This document shows positions 56,137 to 64,000 of a DNA stretch of 64,000 nt, piece by piece; the stretch's first letter is position 1, and each line of letters starts with the position of its first letter. The notes under the pieces were generated by a model, which worked only from the letters and a program-made list of their open reading frames with translations, was not told the DNA's origin and did not search any database. Location of the stretch: the NCBI GenBank assembly GCA_965235115.1, contig OZ249436.1:24864001-24928000 (forward strand), in the 5' to 3' direction. The DNA is from Laetmonice hystrix (lineage: Eukaryota). A program made the position numbers and the translations under genes.

Positions 56137-59100
56137 TTTTTCAATATGCGTTAACATTTGTGACCAGCTCAACGCGCCTTGTAAAATTTTTCAAAGTGCG
56201 TAAAAGTGTGTGTCCACCCCGACACGCTTTCCAAACCACTATACCCACCGAGCGACATCCACTCAAATACAGGCTTCGACCGATCCTCACTGTGCCAATA
56301 ATCCGCCACAAGGCAAATTCAGTCAATGCAAGCTGGAAAATCGAATGTCAAACCTAATGCTCCCCCCCCAGCACGTTAACTGAAAAAAATCAACTAGCTT
56401 GAAAACTAGAATATAGCTTTGTTTAGCTAACAATCTACTCTCCCAGCGCCATCAACTCGCATACAGGCGTAAAAGCAAACGCACTGCCCCATATAATGCT
56501 CCCAGCATAAAACGATGTTGCAATTAATTTAAAATTAACAAGATGCACTAGTAATCCGATCCAAGCTTAATTACGTCATTGCTAGTTTCATAACCAAATC
56601 TCACAGAAAATACCCCACCCGGGCACATAACCTGAAAATATTCAACTTTTATCTCCAATGTATCCCTGTGCACCTAGTAGCACCCAAGCGGGCCCAATTT
56701 TGACATTCCAACACAAATACCGCAAATACCCGCCTAATGGCACAAAAAACTTTCTACCCCGTTGCAAGTCACATTAGCTTGCTGCTTGTCGTAAAAAATG
56801 GTGCAGACCATTTCTAAAGTCACAGTACCCCACTCCCGGCCTAATATTACGTTTCAGTATCCATATACGCTGCAAGCGGCAGGAACTCGAATACAGGCCT
56901 AAAAGTAACCCCAGTCTAGCAATATCATACTCTCATGCCATATACGAGCTTGTAATTATCTTTAATTAATGGGCTCCGCAGCACCAACCCACTGCATTAA
57001 CATTTGTTTAACAGCTTAACGCACCTTGTAAAATTTGTTCAAGTGCGTAAAAATGCGTGTCCACCTCCACATACTTTAAAAATCACTATACCCACCCAGC
57101 GACATCCACTCTAATACACGCCTAAAAGGAACTTCACTGTCCCATTTGATTCTCCAGCACGTATAGGATGTTTCAAGTAACATTCATCCACGGTCTGGCC
57201 CAATAACGTGCAACAAGGCATAGTAAGTCAATGCGAGCTCGCATGTCAAACCTAACCCGCCCCCAAGCACATGAGCTGAAAATATTCAAATAGCTTGAAA
57301 ACTAGAATATAGCTTTGCTTAATACCATTATACCATCAACTCGCATTACAGGCCTAATGCGAAGCTCCCAGCCTAAAACGAGTTTCCAATTAATTTAAAG
57401 TTAACAAGATGCACTAATAATCGATTCCAAGCCTAATTAGGCCATTGCTAGTTGGATAACCAAATCTCATACAAAATACACCCTCCCGGCAGATGACCTG
57501 AGAATATTCAACTCTTATGTCCGATATATCCCTGTCCGCTTAGTAGCACCCAGCCGGGCCCCCATTTTGACATTGCAACACCAATACAGCAAGTGCCCAG
57601 CTAACAGCACAAATAACAGGATTCAGGGCTTCCTACCACGTTACAAGTCACAATAGATTGCTGCCTGTCGTAAAAATATACCAGACCATTTTAAAAAGTC
57701 ACAGAACCCCAATCCGGCCCTAATATGTCACTCCCAGTACCAATAGACGCTGGAAGCACCATCAACTGAAATTCAGGCCTAGAACCCACCTCTCTCTACC
57801 AATATCATGCACCTAGTCCGTATACGAGGTTGTAATTTACTTTAATCAACGGGCTGCGCCGCAGCAACCCACTCTGGTCTTTGCAATCTTTTTCAATATG
57901 CGTTAACATTTGTGACCAGCTCAACGCGCCTTGTAAAATTTTTCAAAGTGCGTAAAAGTGTCTGTCCACCCCGACACGCTTTCCAAACCACTATACCCAC
58001 CGAGCGACATCCACTCAAATACAGGCTTCGACCGATCCTCACTGTGCCAATAATCCGCCACAAGGCAAATTCAGTCAATGCAAGCTGGAAAATCGAATGT
58101 CAAACCTAATGCTCCCCCCCCCCCAGCACGTTAACTGAAAAAAATCAACTAGCTTGAAAACTAGAATATAGCTTTGTTTAGCTAACAATCTACTCTCCCA
58201 GCGCCATCAACTCGCATACAGGCGTAAAAGCAAACGCACTGCCCCATATAATGCTCCCAGCCTAAGACGATGTTGCAATTAATTTAAGATTAACAAGATG
58301 CACTAGTAATCCGATCCAAGCCTAATTACGTCATTGCTAGTTTCATAACCAAATCTCACAGAAAATACCCCACCCGCGCACATAACCTGAAAATATTTAA
58401 CTTTTATCTCCAATGTATCCCTGTGCACCTAGTAGCACACAAGCGGGCCCAATTTTGACATCCCAACACAAATACCGCAAATACCCGCCTAATGGCACAA
58501 AAAACTTTCTACCCCGTTGCAAGTCACATTAGCTTGCTGCTTGTCGTAAAAAATGGTGCAGACCATTTCTAAAGTCACAGTACCCCACTCCCGGCCTAAT
58601 ATTACGTTTCAGTATCCATATACGCTGCAAGCGGCAGGAACTCGAATACAGGCCTAAAAGTAACCCCAGTCTAGCAATATCATACTCCCATGCCATATAC
58701 GAGCTTGTAATTATCTTTAATTAATGGGCTCCGCAGCACCAACCCACTGCATTAACATTTGTTTAACAGCTTAACGCACCTTGTAAAATTTGTTCAAGTG
58801 CGTAAAAATGCGTGTCCACCTCCACATACTTTAAAAATCACTATACCCACCCAGCGACATCCACTCTAATACACGCCTAAAAGGAACTTCACTGTCCCAT
58901 TTGATTCTCCAGCACGTATAGGATGTTTCAAGTAACATTCATCCACGGTCTGGCCCAATAACGTGCAACAAGGCATAGTAAGTCAATGCGAGCTCGCATG
59001 TCAAACCTAACCCGCCCCCAAGCACATGAGCTGAAAATATTCAAATAGCTTGAAAACTAGAATATAGCTTTGCTTAATACCATTATACCATCAACTCGCA

Positions 59101-62100
59101 TTACAGGCCTAATGCGAAGCTCCCAGCCTAAAACGAGTTTCCAATTAATTTAAAGTTAACAAGATGCACTAATAATCGATTCCAAGCCTAATTAGGCCAT
59201 TGCTAGTTGGATAACCAAATCTCATACAAAATACACCCTCCCGGCAGATGACCTGAGAATATTCAACTCTTATGTCCGATATATCCCTGTCCGCTTAGTA
59301 GCACCCAGCCGGGCCCCCATTTTGACATTGCAACACCAATACAGCAAGTGCCCAGCTAACAGCACAAATAACAGGATTCAGGGCTTCCTACCACGTTACA
59401 AGTCACAATAGATTGCTGCCTGTCGTAAAAATATACCAGACCATTTTAAAAAGTCACAGAACCCCAATCCGGCCCTAATATGTCACTCCCAGTACCAATA
59501 GACGCTGGAAGCACCATCAACTGAAATTCAGGCCTAGAACCCACCTCTCTCTACCAATATCATGCACCTAGTCCGTATACGAGGTTGTAATTTACTTTAA
59601 TCAACGGGCTGCGCCGCAGCAACCCACTCTGGTCTTTGCAATCTTTTTCAATATGCGTTAACATTTGTGACCAGCTCAACGCGCCTTGTAAAATTTTTCA
59701 AAGTGCGTAAAAGTGTCTGTCCACCCCGACACGCTTTCCAAACCACTATACCCACCGAGCGACATCCACTCAAATACAGGCTTCGACCGATCCTCACTGT
59801 GCCAATAATCCGCCACAAGGCAAATTCAGTCAATGCAAGCTGGAAAATCGAATGTCAAACCTAATGCTCCCCCCCCAGCACGTTAACTGAAAAAAATCAA
59901 CTAGCTTGAAAACTAGAATATAGCTTTGTTTAGCTAACAATCTACTCTCCCAGCGCCATCAACTCGCATACAGGCGTAAAAGCAAACGCACTGCCCCATA
60001 TAATGCTCCCAGCCTAAGACGATGTTGCAATTAATTTAAGATTAACAAGATGCACTAGTAATCCGATCCAAGCCTAATTACGTCATTGCTAGTTTCATAA
60101 CCAAATCTCACAGAAAATACCCCACCCGCGCACATAACCTGAAAATATTCAACTTTTATCTCCAATGTATCCCTGTGCACCTAGTAGCACCCAAGCGGGC
60201 CCAATTTTGACATTCCAACACAAATACCGCAAATACCCGCCTAATGGCACAAAAAAACTTTCTACCCCGTTGCAAGTCACATTAGCTTGCTGCTTGTCGT
60301 AAAAAATGGTGCAGACCATTTCTAAAGTCACAGTACCCCACTCCCGGCCTAATATTACGTTTCAGTATCCATATACGCTGCAAGCGGCAAGAACTCGAAT
60401 ACAGGCCTAAAAGTAACCCCAGTCTAGCAATATCATACTCTCATGCCATATACGAGCTTGTAATTATCTTTAATTAATGGGCTCCGCAGCACCAACCCAC
60501 TGCATTAACATTTGTTTAACAGCTTGACGCACCTTGTAAAAAATTTTCAAGTGCGTAAAAATGCGTGTCCACCTCCACATACTTTAAAAATCACTATACC
60601 CACCCAGCGACATTCACTCTAATACACGCCTAAGAGGAACTTCACTGTCCCATTTGATTCTCCAGCACGTATAGGATGTTTCAAGTAACATTCATCCACG
60701 GTCTGGCCCAATAACGTGCAACAAGGCATAGTAAGTCAATGCGAGCTCGCATGTCAAACCTAACCCGCCCCCCAGCACATGAGCTGAAAATATTCAAATA
60801 GCTTGAAAACTAGAATATAGCTTTGCTTAATACCATTATACCATCAACTCGCATTACAGGCCTAATGCGAAGCTCCCAGCCTAAAACGAGTTTCCAATTA
60901 ATTTAAAGTTAACAAGATGCACTAATAATCGATTCCAAGCCTAATTAGGCCATTGCTAGTTGGATAACCAAATCTCATACAAAATACACCCTCCCGGCAG
61001 ATGACCTGAGAATATTCAACTCTTATGTCCGATATATCCCTGTCCGCTTTGTAGCACCCAGCCGGGCCCCCATTTTGACATTGCAACACCAATACAGCAA
61101 GTGCCCAGCTAACAGCACAAATAACAGGATTCAGGGCTTCCTACCACGTTACAAGTCACAATAGATTGCTGCCTGTCGTAAAAATATACCAGACCATTTT
61201 AAAAAGTCACAGAACCCCAATCCGGCCCTAATATGTCACTCCCAGTACCAATACACTCTGGAAGCACCATCAACTGAAATTCAGGCCTAGAACCCACCTC
61301 TCTCTACCAATATCATGCACCTAGTCCGTATACGAGGTTGTAATTTACTTTAATCAACGGGCTGCGCCGCAGCAACCCACTCTGGTCTTTGCAATCTTTT
61401 TCAATATGCGTTAACATTTGTAACCAGCTCAACGCGCCTTGTAAAATTTTTCAAAGTGCGTAAAAGTGTGTGTCCACCCCGACACGCTTTCCAAACCACT
61501 ATACCCACCGAGCGACATCCACTCAAATACAGGCTTCGACCGATCCTCACTGTGCCAATAATCCGCCACAAGGCAAATTCAGTCAATGCAAGCTGGAAAA
61601 TCGAATGTCAAACCTAATACTCCCCCCCCCCAGCACGTTAACTGAAAATAATCAACTAGCTTGAAAACTAGAATATAGCTTTGTTTAGCTAACAATCTAC
61701 TCTCCCAGCGCCATCAACTCGCATACAGGCGTAAAAGCAAACGCACTGCCCCATATAATGCTCCCAGCCTAAAACGATGTTGCAATTAATTTAAAATTAA
61801 CAAGATGCACTAGTAATCCGATCCAAGCTTAATTACGTCATTGCTAGTTTCATAACCAAATCTCACAGAAAATACCCCACCCGGGCACATAACCTGAAAA
61901 TATTCAACTTTTATCTCCAATGTATCCCTGTGCACCTAGTAGCACCCAAGCGGGCCCAATTTTGACATCCCAACACAAATACCGCAAATACCCGCCTAAT
62001 GGCACAAAAAACTTTCTACCCCGTTGCAAGTCACATTAGCGTGCTGCTTGTCGTAAAAAATGGTGCAGACCATTTCTAAAGTCACAGTACCCCACTCCCG

Positions 62101-64000
62101 GCCTAATATTACGTTTCAGTATCCATATACGCTGCAAGCGGCAGGAACTCGAATACAGGCCTAAAAGTAACCTCAGTCTAGCAATATCATACTCCCATGC
62201 CATATACGAGCTTGTAATTATCTTTAATTAATGGGCTCCGCAGCACCAACCCACTGCATTAACATTTGTTTAACAGCTTAACACACCTTGTAAAATTTTT
62301 TCAAGTGCGTAAAAATGCGTGTCCACCTCCACATACTTTAAAAATCACTATACCCACCCAGCGACATCCACTCTAATACACGCCTAAAAGGAACTTCACT
62401 GTCCCATTTGATTCTCCAGCACGTATAGGATGTTTCAAGTAACATTCATCCACGGTCTGGCCCAATAACGTGCAACAAGGCATAGTAAGTCAATGCGAGC
62501 TCGCATGTCAAACCTAACCCGCCCCCAAGCACATGAGCTGAAAATATTCAAATAGCTTGAAAACTAGAATATAGCTTTGCTTAATACCATTATACCATCA
62601 ACTCGCATTACAGGCCTAATGCGAAGCTCCCAGCCTAAAACGAGTTTCCAATTAATTTAAAGTTAACAAGATGCACTAATAATCGATTCCAAGCCTAATT
62701 AGGCCATTGCTAGTTGGATAACCAAATCTCATACAAAATACACCCTCCCGGCAGATGACCTGAGAATATTCAACTCTTATGTCCGATATATCCCTGTCCG
62801 CTTAGTAGCACCCAGCCGGGCCCCCATTTTGACATTGCAACACCAATACAGCAAGTGCCCAGCTAACAGCACAAATAACAGGATTCAGGGCTTCCTACCA
62901 CGTTACAAGTCACAATAGATTGCTGCCTGTCGTAAAAATATACCAGACCATTTTAAAAAGTCACAGAACCCCAATCCGGCCCTAATATGTCACTCCCAGT
63001 ACCAATAGACGCTGGAAGCACCATCAACTGAAATTCAGGCCTAGAACCCACCTCTCTCTACCAATATCATGCACCTAGTCCGTATACGAGGTTGTAATTT
63101 CCTTTAATCAACGGGCTGCGCCGCAGCAACCCACTCTGGTCTTTGCAATCTTTTTCAATATGCGTTAACATTTGTGACCAGCTCAACGCGCCTTGTAAAA
63201 TTTTTCAAAGTGCGTAAAAGTGTGTGTCCACCCCGACACGCTTTCCAAACCACTATACCCACCGAGCGACATCCACTCAAATACAGGCTTCGACCGATCC
63301 TCACTGTGCCAATAATCCGCCACAAGGCAAATTCAGTCAATGCAAGCTGGAAAATCGAATGTCAAACCTAATGCTCCCCCCCCAGCACGTTAACTGAAAA
63401 AAATCAACTAGCTTGAAAACTAGAATATAGCTTTGTTTAGCTAACAATCTACTCTCCCAGCGCCATCAACTCGCATACAGGCGTAAAAGCAAACGCACTG
63501 CCCCATATAATGCTCCCAGCATAAAACGATGTTGCAATTAATTTAAAATTAACAAGATGCACTAGTAATCCGATCCAAGCTTAATTACGTCATTGCTAGT
63601 TTCATAACCAAATCTCACAGAAAATACCCCACCCGGGCACATAACCTGAAAATATTCAACTTTTATCTCCAATGTATCCCTGTGCACCTAGTAGCACCCA
63701 AGCGGGCCCAATTTTGACATTCCAACACAAATACCGCAAATACCCGCCTAATGGCACAAAAAACTTTCTACCCCGTTGCAAGTCACATTAGCTTGCTGCT
63801 TGTCGTAAAAAATGGTGCAGACCATTTCTAAAGTCACAGTACCCCACTCCCGGCCTAATATTACGTTTCAGTATCCATATACGCTGCAAGCGGCAGGAAC
63901 TCGAATACAGGCCTAAAAGTAACCCCAGTCTAGCAATATCATACTCTCATGCCATATACGAGCTTGTAATTATCTTTAATTAATGGGCTCCGCAGCACCA

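Larger units (their letters stand above)
1..64000. repeat. Tandem satellite/macrosatellite array, ~1,754-bp monomer, ~36.5 head-to-tail copies, running off both window edges
   Basis: The anchor TTTTTCAATATGCGTTAACATTTGT recurs at 1, 1755, 3510, 5263, 7017, 8772, 10525, 12280, 14033, 15787, 17542, 19295, 21048, 22805, 24560, 26315, 28069, 29822, 31576, 33330, 35083, 36838, 38593, 40349, 42102, 43856, 45609, 47365, 49120, 50874, 52628, 54383, 56137, 57889, 59644, 61397 and 63151 (U1-U37). Spacing is 1,752-1,757 bp. The ORF track repeats with the same period. No inversion or foreign insertion seen. Confidence 0.99.

Noticed and set aside
1..64000. Tandem RNA-gene or gene cluster (5S rDNA, tRNA, snRNA, spliced-leader, histone)
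   Set aside because: The unit size would fit, but I recognised no 5S, tRNA, U-snRNA or histone sequence on either strand, and the unit is accounted for by degenerate internal repeats. An Infernal/Rfam scan would be the decisive test.
1..64000. CRISPR array or other repeat-spacer system
   Set aside because: There are no unique spacers. Sequence between the conserved boxes is itself repeated in every unit, and there are no cas-like ORFs.
1..64000. RIP-like (CpA to TpA) hypermutation
   Set aside because: A few CA/TA and TG/TA variants exist, but many variants are transversions and overall divergence is only about 1%.

Overview
The whole 64-kb window is one uninterrupted, head-to-tail tandem array of a non-coding ~1,754-bp unit: 36 complete copies (1,752-1,757 bp) plus an 850-bp partial copy. 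Copies differ by only about 1% (estimated by eye). I can support no protein-coding gene, RNA gene, transposon or CRISPR array; all short ORFs are by-products of the repeat. It looks like a eukaryotic long-monomer satellite (macrosatellite, possibly centromeric or pericentromeric), but I cannot identify the family or organism. The interest lies in its nested architecture. (1) Traces of an ancient ~190-250-bp sub-repeat occur about 8 times per unit. (2) The unit is a dimer of two diverged halves of ~847 and ~907 bp. (3) Diagnostic SNP haplotypes define monomer types whose order fits a ~7-monomer (~12.3-kb) higher-order repeat (HOR), repeatedly remodelled by in-register deletions and duplications. 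(4) A derived 3-mer (5,262 bp) and a seemingly perfect 5-mer duplication (8,770 bp) occupy the left 19 kb. U1-U37 and type letters A-G are my own labels.
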